Shown here: positions 45,443 through 55,319 of the stretch, piece after piece
Layout of the letters: each line of letters starts with the position of its first letter
Numbering within the stretch: position 1 is the stretch's first letter
Assembly (NCBI GenBank): GCA_963765145.1
Contig: CAVXVG010000036.1
Coordinates: 5,463 to 69,462 of the forward strand
Length of the DNA: 64,000 nt
Source of the DNA: Parachlamydiales bacterium
GTDB lineage: Bacteria; Chlamydiota; Chlamydiia; Chlamydiales; JAJFMK01
Reading direction: 5' to 3'
Program-made: the position numbers and the translations under genes
The notes under the pieces: generated by a model
The model's database searches: none
What the model was told of the DNA's origin: nothing
What the model saw: the letters and a program-made list of their open reading frames with translations, nothing else

Positions 45443-48146
45443 TGAAATATTTATTGACCTTCATCCTTACTTTCTTCCTGACGCTGGCAGCCCTCTTCAC
45501 CGTTCCAAGCATCCAAGCCGGCTTGACAAAACGGTTATTGATGGCCATTGAAGAAAATTTTGGAATCGAAGTACGTGGAGACTCGACCTGGACCTATCTC
45601 CCTTTTCAATTGCATCTGAACCATGTGAAATTTGACGCTTTGCAGGCAGAACAGGTGCATATTGGCTTTGCCTCCGTTTCGATTGAACATCTACAAGTGC
45701 CGGAACTGGGAGAGATAAATGCCAAAGGCTCATGGTGGCTAGACACCGATCTTCGCCCTTTGGGAACTTTAGAGATCAATCACCCCGATTTTGGCGACTT
45801 AGAATTTTCATTTTTCTTTCAAAGTGAAAATAACAAAAGAGAATTGGCTTTAAACATTTCTGCTCAAAGCACTTTTGGGCAGTTTAAAGCAGATGGAGTC
45901 ATGTCTATCCCTAAAATAGGCTTGAAAACTGCTATTTTCGAAGGCAGATCCCTTTTTGCCTGCTTCAAAATGCATTGGGAACACGCAGAATGGGGTTCAG
46001 CATTAGGCTATGCGACCATTGGATGGGAAAATTTGGGCCTCACCCTCCCCTCTTTAGAAATCGCAGGCACATTTTTGGATACCCCTTTTACGTTAGAAGG
46101 GACAGGCGATGTACAACACCCACTTATCGACCTCGCCTTTTGCCCAACTACAGGCCCATTAAGAGATTCAACACTTGCTTTATCGCTCTATCGAGATAAA
46201 AATATGTGGGCAGGCAATGGAACGTTAGAAGGAGTGCTAGATGCCCATCCTTTCCTAGCCCGTTGCAAGCTTTGCTTGAACGAATATACGTCGATAGAAT
46301 TGAAAGAAGGAATATTTGCTTTCGAGGACCTACAAGGCGCATTTGATTCTAAGTGGGCTTTTGAGAAAGAAAGCACCTCCTGGTCTTTTTCAAGCTCTAT
46401 CCCTTCCTACACACTCCTAAAAGAAGACTTAAAAGATTTGTCCATTCATGCAGAAGGGATTTTTGGTGATCTAGCCCCTTTGCATGTCGAAGCGTATCAA
46501 AACGAACTCCCCATTAAGCTAGATGGGCAAGTGGCCTTGTCGTTAGGTGGCCTCCATCTCTTTTTGCACAAACTGCAGGGGTGCTTTCATGATCTTCCCC
46601 TTTCGCTTGAAGAGACCGCCTGTCTCTCCTTTTTCGGAGGTGGATGGAATGTAGATCGGCTCCATCTACAGGCTGGTGATTGCGTGTTAAAAGTGCATGG
46701 ACATGGCACTGAAGGGGTAGCAACTTTAACAGGCTCGATTAAGGGAGTTCAAGGATTCGACCTCCCCCTTTTCCCACTATCTGGCAACTTTAGTGCCCTT
46801 ATAGCCTCTAGAATAGGTTTTTTTGAGGGGGAATTTGAAGGCCGCAATGGAGAAGCTTTGCAGGGCGATCTTTCGGTCGATTTTAACCAGCAATGTGCTT
46901 TGGATGGACATATCCGCTTCAAAGGAGAGCTCTCGCCTTATCTGTCGATCATTTTACCCGACACGACCTCTATTTCAGGCCCCGGATTTGGAGAATTTAC
47001 AGTTAAAGGAACGCTCAACAACCCCTTTTTTGAAGGGAAGCTCTCTTTAAGAAAAGGCATTTACGAAGACCTAGTCACCGGTATGTTGTACCGAGAGATG
47101 GAAACCGATTTTATCCTACAAGGGACACAAGTTAAGCTGTCAAAACTTCGGGCTACAGACCTGGCCGGAGGGATGATTTTGGGGGAAGGGGAAATGACCC
47201 TGACCAAAGACATCCCTTTTGTCCTTTATCTAGAATCTCTCAATGGTCAAGTGATCCAGTTAGAGTATGCCGATGCCACTGCTACAGGCCGCATCCGATT
47301 AACCGGAAATCGAGAAGGCGGCATCTTTGAAGGGGAGCTGAAAATTGATGAGGCGATTGTCAGGATGCCCAAAAAACTCCTCTCTTGTTCCAAAAGATCG
47401 ACATTGTCTACGAAAGGATCGAGCCGCAAGAAGAAAAAACCCCTTGGAAATTGGCGTGGGATTTGAATATCGACTTTCAATCGGGTGTAAAAGTGACAAG
47501 CGGCGTCTTGAAGTCGGAATGGAAAGGAAATGTGGCCTTTCAAGGGACAACCGATGCTCCCCTTCTTTTTGGTAAGGGGGCCTTAGTTAAGGCCGATTTC
47601 AACTTCAATGGGAAAAACTTTGAATCGACAGACGGTGTCATCCTCTTTCAGGGTGAGCCTGGCTCTAAAACCTCGTTTTACATCACTGCTAAGCAAGAGG
47701 TCGAGGATTTAAAGGTTGAAATCATCTTGAAAGGGCCTCTAAAGAGCCCAGAAATTGCTTTTCGCTCTAATCCTCCTAAACCGACAAAGGAAATACTCTC
47801 TTACTTGCTGTTAAATAAAGGCACTGGAAGCGATGAGGTAACTTTATTAGCCGAAAGCTCGATTAAACTTGAAAATACAAACATCGAACAGACCCTTCTG
47901 GACAAGTTCAAATCAAAACTGGGGATTGATCGGATAGAAATTTCTGGCGATGAAGAAGAAACCCTTTCGGTCGAGATTGGCAAATACATCCTTCCTAGCC
48001 TCTACTTTTGCCTAAAGAAAAGTGTAGCCGACGGCCCAAACCAAGCGGCCATTGTTGCCAAATTCCCCCATCACTTCAAAGCGCAAGGCGAAGTGGGCGA
48101 CGACGCCGAAGGCAAATTCATGCTCAAATGGGAACGGGACTATTAG
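45442..48146 (+). CDS. tamB: TamB-like protein split by a frameshift near 47371-47376
   Basis: N-terminal anchor, beta-rich body and DUF490-like C-terminus (SNPP...EILSYLL; GIDRIEI; VEIGKY). Two overlapping ORFs join by adding one A to the A6 run. Confidence 0.75.
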
Positions 48147-48206
48147 CACTGTCTAGTGCACATGACAAAAATCACCAAAAAGTGTAAGGTGTAGTTTACA
48201 CAAAGG

Positions 48207-49415
48207 GTGACTATGCTTGAGGAATTTGTCGAGATCCATCAGGAGGTTATGTCTTCTACCCCCCGCGGTTTTAGGCGGTATCTCTATTCGAACATCAATT
48301 GGAAGTCGCATGGGCTCTGTATTGTTGGAGATCGGGGGGTTGGGAAGACCACACTGATATGCCAAGATTTGCTAGAGCGGTATCAGACACCAGAGCAAGC
48401 CCTCTATCTTTCCGCAGACAACATCAGTGTCATTTCGTATGGACTAGCAAATATTGCTAAAAGTTATTTTACCTACGGCGGTAAGGCCCTTTACATCGAT
48501 GAAGTGCATAAATACCCTGAATGGTCTACAGAAATAAAAAATATTTTAGACACCTACAAAACCAAACAGATTGTTTTTTCTGCTAGCTCTTCCATTGATT
48601 TAAACAGAAGCAAAGGGGACCTCTCAAGACGTGTTGTCTACCACAAATTATTAGGCTTGTCGTTCCGCGAATACCTACAATTGTCTGCAGACATTCAAAT
48701 ACCAACTCTTTCTCTTGAAGAGCTTTTAAACAATCACGTCTCTATTGCATCTGGTTTTAGGCAACTGCCGATCCTAAAGCATTTTCAAGATTATCTAAAA
48801 AATGGCTACTACCCTTTCTTCATTGAAGGGTTAGAAGACTATTTATTGAAAGTGCATAACGTCATTGAAAAAGTGCTCTTTGAAGACCTTGCTGTTGTGT
48901 ATAACCTCAAACAAACAACATTACCTTTTTTAAAGAAGATACTATGGCTTGTAGCCACCTCAGATGGATTCATTCCAAATATTGATAAATTGAGCAAGAA
49001 TCTTGGCATTTCTCGAGAAATGGTTTACAACTGCTTAGAGTATCTCAGCAGTTCAGGACTATTAAACGATGTTTTCCCGATCGGAAAAGGGAATGCGCTG
49101 ATCCGCAAACCAGGCAAAATCTATTTAAATAATTCCAATCTCATCCATGCAATCAACAGCTCTTTGAAAATGGCTAGCCAAATGGGAAATTTGCGAGAAA
49201 CATATTTTGTGAACCAAGTTAGTACTCTTCATAAAGTTTTACTGCATGACAAAGGAGATTTTCTCGTTGATGATCTGTTCACTATTGAGGTTGGCGGAAA
49301 AGGAAAAAACGACAAGCAAATCCGTGGAGTCGATGATGCTTATTTAGCTGTCGACGACATCTCAATTGGTTTTGGAAAGAAAATTCCCCTCTACCTCTTT
49401 GGTTTGCTTTATTAA
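48207..49415 (+). CDS. AAA_14/DUF4143-type ATPase
   Basis: GDRGVGKTT, YIDEVHKY, DLSRR, GYYPF, KPGKIYLNN and C-terminal EVGGK. Confidence 0.85.
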   Translation: MTMLEEFVEIHQEVMSSTPRGFRRYLYSNINWKSHGLCIVGDRGVGKTTLICQDLLERYQTPEQALYLSADNISVISYGLANIAKSYFTYGGKALYIDEVHKYPEWSTEIKNILDTYKTKQIVFSASSSIDLNRSKGDLSRRVVYHKLLGLSFREYLQLSADIQIPTLSLEELLNNHVSIASGFRQLPILKHFQDYLKNGYYPFFIEGLEDYLLKVHNVIEKVLFEDLAVVYNLKQTTLPFLKKILWLVATSDGFIPNIDKLSKNLGISREMVYNCLEYLSSSGLLNDVFPIGKGNALIRKPGKIYLNNSNLIHAINSSLKMASQMGNLRETYFVNQVSTLHKVLLHDKGDFLVDDLFTIEVGGKGKNDKQIRGVDDAYLAVDDISIGFGKKIPLYLFGLLY

Positions 49416-49429
49416 CAATATTTTCCCCT

Positions 49430-49523
49430 CGCGCTAGCGTTTGGAGTGCGCAAGTCCTCTTGCGCTTTCACTTTCATGATAAGTGAAAGCTAAACAGGAG
49501 TTTAGCACTCCAAACGCTTCGCG
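49430..49523. repeat. Chimeric GGAG-type REP doublet overlapping the truA 3' end
   Basis: Left arm GCGCAAG-TCCT-CTTGCGC; right arm of the GCTAAAC type. Confidence 0.88.
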
Positions 49524-50260
49524 TAGAGGACTTTATGAAGGGTGAGGCCGTGGGCGGGGGCGGTCATGGCCGACTGAGTACGATCTTTCTGCTCGAAAAG
49601 GGCAGGCACTGCCTGGAGGGGAAATTTTCCTTCCCCTACTTGCACCAACAAACCGACGATATTGCGAGCCATTTTGTAGAGAAAATGGTCGCCAATCAGA
49701 GAGACTGTCAGCAACGGCCCCTCTTCAATGAACTGCAAGGTTTGCAAGGTTCTGACTGTAGTGGGGTAATTTAAATCCTTCCGAAAGTTGCAAAAGGCTT
49801 TGAAATCGTGTGTGCCAAGCAGAAGCGGGATAGTCTTTTGTACCTCTTCATTGAGGTGAAATTTAGGCACATGCCAAGCCATGTGGGCATATAAAGGATG
49901 AGGAGCCACTCCCAACATCAAGTGGTACTGATATTCTTTGCCCAATGCATCCAATGTTGGATGAAAATTATCCGGGCAAATTGAAACCTGCAATACACGG
50001 ATATCGGTGGGCAAAAGAGCATTGAGCCCTAGAAGAAGCCTTTTAGTCTCGACATCTTGATCTAATTTAAATTGGACGATTTGCCCTAATGCGTGCACTC
50101 CCCTATCAGTGCGACTAGCAGCCTGTAAAAGAGGCTTAACATGGAAAATTTGAAAAAGAGCCTTTTCTAACTCCTCTTCAATCGATGGTCCTTCAAATGT
50201 TTTTTGCCATCCAAAGTAGTTGGTCCCTTGATAGGCTACCTGAAGAGCTATCGAAACCAT
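49502..50260 (-). CDS. truA: tRNA pseudouridine(38-40) synthase
   Basis: YQGTNYFGWQ, ASRTDRGVHA, GTHDF, FLYKMARNIVG and APAHGLTL. Confidence 0.96.
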   Translation of the reverse strand: MVSIALQVAYQGTNYFGWQKTFEGPSIEEELEKALFQIFHVKPLLQAASRTDRGVHALGQIVQFKLDQDVETKRLLLGLNALLPTDIRVLQVSICPDNFHPTLDALGKEYQYHLMLGVAPHPLYAHMAWHVPKFHLNEEVQKTIPLLLGTHDFKAFCNFRKDLNYPTTVRTLQTLQFIEEGPLLTVSLIGDHFLYKMARNIVGLLVQVGEGKFPLQAVPALFEQKDRTQSAMTAPAHGLTLHKVLYAKRLEC

Positions 50261-50865
50261 TACTTTGTTAAATAGGTCGTCTGAAACAGCTCAACCCCCA
50301 ACAATATCTGTTGAATAGCCAACATCACTAAGATCAAAGCTAATAGCCGTTCAAAAGCCAACAATCCATTTTGCCCTAAGAAGCGTACGACGGCTCGATT
50401 GACCAATAATACTAAAGAAGAGAGTGTCCAGGCAGCAAGAATCGCGTAAAGGCGGCAGCTATAATCTTCAGAGATATGGGAATAAAGCATGATGATGGCC
50501 AAGACAGCAGGAGATGCCATCAAAGGAACCGCAAGAGGTACAATGAAGGGGTTTTCTTCAGGCTTTACCCGTTGCCGAATGTTTCTTGGAGAGGCAAACA
50601 ACACCCACAAAGCTGATAACAACAAAATCAACCCTGTCGTCAACCGAACTGTGATTTCTGACACTTCAAGCTGGTTTAAAATGGCACTGCCTAACTGGTT
50701 GATCACCAGCATGAAAGCCAATGCGATCAGAAGTTCTCGGATCAACACTTTCCAATAATTTTTCGGCGGCACCCCTTTTAAGACTTCATGGAAGGAGGCC
50801 GTATTTCCCACCGAATCGATCATCAGAAAAAGGGTTAGGAACATCGTTCCAAAACAAATGTCCAT
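50260..50865 (-). CDS. MarC-family membrane protein
   Basis: Six TM segments; VPLAVPLMASP and ERLLALIL. Confidence 0.9.
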   Translation of the reverse strand: MDICFGTMFLTLFLMIDSVGNTASFHEVLKGVPPKNYWKVLIRELLIALAFMLVINQLGSAILNQLEVSEITVRLTTGLILLLSALWVLFASPRNIRQRVKPEENPFIVPLAVPLMASPAVLAIIMLYSHISEDYSCRLYAILAAWTLSSLVLLVNRAVVRFLGQNGLLAFERLLALILVMLAIQQILLGVELFQTTYLTK

Positions 50866-51027
50866 TAGACCTCTTGCATAACTTGCTTTGCTTGAAAAAA
50901 TTGATGATTTTTGTGCGAATTCATCTTTAAATTTATCGGTAATATTTACATATTGCCGATAAATTTAAAAATGAATTCGCCAAAAAGCGCAGTTTTAGCA
51001 AGCAAATGAAGTTGTGCAAGGGGTCTA
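50866..51027. mobile_element. RPE1-like miniature palindromic element (162 bp)
   Basis: Termini TAGACCTCTTGCATAACTT...AAGTTGTGCAAGGGGTCTA with a long internal hairpin. Confidence 0.75.
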
Positions 51028-51030
51028 TGC

Positions 51031-51621
51031 TTAACTTCCCGTAAAAAAGATTCTGAGCCCCTGAACAAGCAGGCGCATTGACAATAGGGCAAGGATCATC
51101 CCCATGAATTGCTCTAAAGCAAGCAACCCTCGATCACCTAAAAGTTTTTTTAAGTAAGGCGAAAAGAACATGATGGGGATCACGCCACACCAAGCCAGCA
51201 CAAGGGCTGAACTCACTAAAAAGGGGTCATTGGTTTCTTTCGAAAAAATCATGATCGACGACATGACCCCGCCACCAGTGATGATTGGCGTGGCAATGGG
51301 CACTAAAAAGGGCTCTCTTTTTAAGGCTAGCGTCTCTTTTGGCTCTTCTTTAGGGAAAATCATCCCCAGTGCGACTAAAATGAGAAGGAGCCCGCCCGTA
51401 ATGCTGACCGTATCGCTTTCAATTTGAAGGTACTTTAACAGCTCTGAACCGACAAACTGAAAACCGATGGCGATGAGAAAGGAAAATATGGCCTCCCTCA
51501 GGACGATTTTTCTTTGCCGCTGGAAAGGAAAATCCTTCACCAAAGCAACTACAGTAGGGATGTTGCCAATTGGGTTGGCAATGAGGAAAAAGCTAAGCGC
51601 TATCGTAAACAGGTCATTCAT
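51031..51621 (-). CDS. MarC-family membrane protein
   Basis: NPIGNIP, VPIATPIITG and EQFMGMIL. Confidence 0.9.
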   Translation of the reverse strand: MNDLFTIALSFFLIANPIGNIPTVVALVKDFPFQRQRKIVLREAIFSFLIAIGFQFVGSELLKYLQIESDTVSITGGLLLILVALGMIFPKEEPKETLALKREPFLVPIATPIITGGGVMSSIMIFSKETNDPFLVSSALVLAWCGVIPIMFFSPYLKKLLGDRGLLALEQFMGMILALLSMRLLVQGLRIFFTGS

Positions 51622-51728
51622 GAAGCAGCATAGTCTAACACGAAGGGCAATTCGTTGAAAATTCCCTAAACATCCTCTTAATTTGAACTTAATCGTTTGG
51701 CTCGAGACTGATACTAGTGGGAGAGCTT

Positions 51729-53120
51729 ATGGCCGTTAGGGGTCCCGGTTTCGGGGAAAGTCAGAACTATAGCTTGGCTGCAACCCCCAGAGCACTGGAG
51801 AGTTGGTCAAATGCCGGCTTCAAGGTCTCGTCCGTTCCTAAAAATGACTCCGTTCTACAAAAAGTGAGTCTCTTTTTTAAAGGATTAGGTGCTGTTCGAG
51901 TCGAAGCAGATGGGGAATGTTACTTCTTAAAGCCCAATAGCGATCTAGGACGTGAACTTCTAAAGGCCTACCGGAAGGGCGGCAGAGCGGAAATGGAAAA
52001 AGCAGCAGAGGTGTTAACCAATCGAGGAGCTGCTATTGAACTCCTTAAGAATGGAGCTGGAAAAGATTCTGCCCTTAGAAGAGCAGCAGCAGAGATGCTG
52101 ATAAGCAAAGAGGAGCAGTATCAAGGAAGAGGAATTCTCATCATTCGAGGACGACATAAAACGGGCGAGACAAAACTGCAAGTTTTTCACCTCAACTCTA
52201 AGGTGCAAATTGGTGCGGGCGCCAACAATAAAATCTTTAAGGTTCGAGAAGAGGTGTTTGGTAAACACTACAAAGACAAATCTGCTGTTGTCAGAGAGGG
52301 GAACAACTTTTTTAGTAGCGACGTGCCCACTTTTGAATTGGCCAAAGAGCTAAATGATGGGAAGATGCCCGAGGGTTTTCAGAAATTTCCTAAAGTGCCC
52401 GGCGGAAGGCTGCAGGTGATTAAGCTTTATTCCGAAGGCAGCATGACAGATTGGATAACGAAAGGAGGAGTACCGATAAAAGCAGCCTTTGAAGCCATGG
52501 GGGGCGCGATGAATGGCCTTGTCAGTTGTAAAAAACTCGGCATTGCCCATGTGGACCTAAAGCTGCAAAACTTTTTCGTTTCGAAGAAAAAAAATGAGAA
52601 GCCGAGAGCCGTCTTTGCAGATTTTGATTGCGCGCATGTTTTTCCGGATTCTAACAAAGTAGACGCCAAGATGGCAGAGAAAATGCTCAAGGTGATAGGG
52701 CATGGACATATTATGTACTCTTCTGGCGATCCAGCGGAGATTAAGGTTTATAGCAAATTGCTAGGTGAAGTTATGGACGAACTTCAATTGATTGCCGCAG
52801 GAAAACCACGTCCAAAAGGTTTCGAAAGTAATTATCAACAATTGAAGGGGTGTGTCGAAAAAATCCAGGTGATGCAGATGGGCCTTGCAATGGGGCAGGT
52901 GTTACTTGGAAACGAATTTACAGAGTACGCGAAAGCAATACAGGATGGCCAAGAGGTCAATTTGTCAGCGTTAATAGACAAAAAATTTGGCCCTAATCAC
53001 CCAGCAAAGCAAGAGATGATCGCCCTTTTAGAGGGGATGTTAGAGAGCGATCCGACCAAGCGATTCACAGCAGAACAGGCCATGGATGCCTACAATGCCG
53101 CCTTAGCTAAGTGGGGATAG
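51729..53120 (+). CDS. Hanks-type Ser/Thr kinase-like protein, putative effector
   Basis: IGAGANNKIF, HVDLKLQNFF, FADFD and MLESDPTKRFTAEQA. Confidence 0.8.
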   Translation: MAVRGPGFGESQNYSLAATPRALESWSNAGFKVSSVPKNDSVLQKVSLFFKGLGAVRVEADGECYFLKPNSDLGRELLKAYRKGGRAEMEKAAEVLTNRGAAIELLKNGAGKDSALRRAAAEMLISKEEQYQGRGILIIRGRHKTGETKLQVFHLNSKVQIGAGANNKIFKVREEVFGKHYKDKSAVVREGNNFFSSDVPTFELAKELNDGKMPEGFQKFPKVPGGRLQVIKLYSEGSMTDWITKGGVPIKAAFEAMGGAMNGLVSCKKLGIAHVDLKLQNFFVSKKKNEKPRAVFADFDCAHVFPDSNKVDAKMAEKMLKVIGHGHIMYSSGDPAEIKVYSKLLGEVMDELQLIAAGKPRPKGFESNYQQLKGCVEKIQVMQMGLAMGQVLLGNEFTEYAKAIQDGQEVNLSALIDKKFGPNHPAKQEMIALLEGMLESDPTKRFTAEQAMDAYNAALAKWG

Positions 53121-53138
53121 CTTCCGCGAATTAGTTGG

Positions 53139-53852
53139 TCACTCCGCCCAGCGGCCTTCTGAAAAGAGAGTTCTCATTTTTTCGCGAACTTGTGCTGGCA
53201 CAAAATGGACCGGTCGATGATCGATCTCTTGGTAGTGATAACAGGTCACCGGAATGCCGGCTTGTGTAAGTTCCGATTCAACCGAATCGATAAACTTGCG
53301 TGAGTCATCAAAAAAAATCACCTTTTTTGGCTTTACTCCCAGGTGGTTGAAAAAAGAGAGTAAAACTTCCCCTTTCGGAGTGTTATCAGAGAATAATATC
53401 CCCTTTTTGTAACAGTAAAAGTCAGTTGCCGGAGCATTTGAAAAATCTAGGCCAAACCCCAATAAATGGTTCACTCGCCAATCAGACATTTCATATTCCA
53501 TAGCAGTCAAAGCAATCACCGTAGCCCCTTTTTCCTGCAGAGAGGCAACCAACTGTGGCGATGCCTCTTCAATCAACATCCATTTGGCCTCTTCCATGAT
53601 GATTTTTCGGTAATGAGAAATATGCTTCTCTTCAAAGTCCGGAATCGTTTTTTTAGCTATTGCTATAAGGCTTTGATAGGCCGCTCCCCACAAAATGTGC
53701 TCTTTAGGAACAATCAATGTCATGTCGACATCAAAGACAACCCATGTATCACTATCAATATCGTGGGAGTTCACTGCATGTAATGTTCGAGTTGGAATAA
53801 CCTCGCCACTCAAACAAAAAGCAGCACATAGAAATAGGCAAAAAAGTCTCAT
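53139..53852 (-). CDS. DUF2608 / HAD-like exported protein
   Basis: Signal peptide, FDVDMTL, ALTA, KG and IFFDD. Confidence 0.8.
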   Translation of the reverse strand: MRLFCLFLCAAFCLSGEVIPTRTLHAVNSHDIDSDTWVVFDVDMTLIVPKEHILWGAAYQSLIAIAKKTIPDFEEKHISHYRKIIMEEAKWMLIEEASPQLVASLQEKGATVIALTAMEYEMSDWRVNHLLGFGLDFSNAPATDFYCYKKGILFSDNTPKGEVLLSFFNHLGVKPKKVIFFDDSRKFIDSVESELTQAGIPVTCYHYQEIDHRPVHFVPAQVREKMRTLFSEGRWAE

Positions 53853-55141
53853 GTTAACACCTTATTTGTTGATGCACAGGCACTCAAGTTTTGTTTCCAA
53901 AGAGGCTGCATTTCTTGAAGCTCTTCGATTTCATCTTCTTCATCCTCATCATCAAAAATAGGGTGAAACGTGAGCTCAAATAGATCGTCTAAGCCTTCCA
54001 TATCTAGTGTAAACTTAGGGTTAGGGACATATCTCTTGGCATTTCCCGTCAAACCTAAGGCATAAAGAAGGATAAGATTCTTCGTATCGCTTTCTTTCAT
54101 TTGGTTTAACACCTTAATAGCAGAAGCTTCAGGTAGCCCCGTACCCAAATAATAAAAGACCAGCATTGCAAGATACTTTTCCTTCTCAAAATAGCCATCT
54201 GGAATCATCGCAAGGAGCTTCTTTGCTTTTTCTAGGTCATGCACTTGTATGCAAAGGAGCGCCAACATCTTGAAAAGCTCGTAGCGGATTGATTCATCTG
54301 TTTTTAAAATCCAAGGAAGGGCCTTATCCACTTCGCGACGCTTCAAACATTCTAAAGCAATTTCCTGTGGATCAGTTCCTTCTTCGATTTTCTTCTCTAA
54401 TGCTTTCAGGCTTTGATCATTTTCAAAGAAAATATCGGCAACGACCTGCCTAACTTTCTCACTAAAAGCCTGCAAATCTGTTTCTTCCATTAAAAGAACG
54501 CGGTGCATTTTAACTTTTTCAGAAGGCAGTAAAGCAGCAGAAACGATTCTAAGTTGGGGGTTATTGTGGTCAACTCCGGGCAAACCATAAGGAAGGGCAT
54601 CATAGACAAAATCAGCAACAGCTTTCTTGTCTTTTGCCGTTATGACTGTCAACATGCCTTTAAAACAATTTGTTGGTGCATCTTTAATGAGTTGATCGAT
54701 TCTTTTTTCAAAAGCAGGAAAATAGACTTTTTCCTTCATAAAAATGTTGCGGATACAGTCATCAACATCAAGATCGCCCCGTTCCGGATCGACAAAAATG
54801 CCCCAAGCTGATTCATTGGACTCTTTTTGTTCTAAACTTGGACTTGCTGAGATAAGAAACTCAGAAATGGCGCCGTACTTGGTATCAAAATCTTCTATTT
54901 TCTTGAACCGGTTGAAAAGCTCTTTCGTGCTTTTGGGGGCTTTATCTGCCCAAGGATAGCGGAGAACTACTTTATCGGTTAAGTCAAGATCAGGCCTTGT
55001 ACGCAATAAAACTTGTTTGGCCACTTCATGGTAAACAAGAAATTCGACTGGCTGAGCCGTGACACAGCTAAAGCCGTTCCCTTCAGAAAGTTCTCTGAAA
55101 CGATCGATCGCTTCTTCCGGAGAAGAAATAAAAATATCCAT
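53849..55141 (-). CDS. Hypothetical protein with helical-repeat C-terminus
   Basis: 430-aa ORF whose stop overlaps the next start; no family recognised. Confidence 0.7.
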   Translation of the reverse strand: MDIFISSPEEAIDRFRELSEGNGFSCVTAQPVEFLVYHEVAKQVLLRTRPDLDLTDKVVLRYPWADKAPKSTKELFNRFKKIEDFDTKYGAISEFLISASPSLEQKESNESAWGIFVDPERGDLDVDDCIRNIFMKEKVYFPAFEKRIDQLIKDAPTNCFKGMLTVITAKDKKAVADFVYDALPYGLPGVDHNNPQLRIVSAALLPSEKVKMHRVLLMEETDLQAFSEKVRQVVADIFFENDQSLKALEKKIEEGTDPQEIALECLKRREVDKALPWILKTDESIRYELFKMLALLCIQVHDLEKAKKLLAMIPDGYFEKEKYLAMLVFYYLGTGLPEASAIKVLNQMKESDTKNLILLYALGLTGNAKRYVPNPKFTLDMEGLDDLFELTFHPIFDDEDEEDEIEELQEMQPLWKQNLSACASTNKVLT

Positions 55142-55188
55142 AGCAACAACCTGCCCTCATTTAAAGTTTTAAATTTTACCTGAAATGT

Positions 55189-55295
55189 TATTAGTTCGCG
55201 AAGCGTTTGGAGTGCGAAACTCCTGTTTCGCTTTCACTCTTTGAAAGTCAAAGCGAAACAGGAGTTTCGCACTCCAAACGCTTCGCGAACTAATA
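55189..55295. repeat. GGAG-type REP doublet
   Basis: Perfect 46-bp inverted repeat at 55189-55234 and 55250-55295. Confidence 0.92.
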
Positions 55296-55319
55296 GAGTT
55301 TGAGTTATAAAGTTTAGGC

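Noticed and set aside
47365-47390. Programmed -1 ribosomal frameshift in tamB
   Set aside because: CCC AAA AAA CTC is not a canonical in-frame X XXY YYZ site and I see no downstream stimulatory structure; an indel is simpler.
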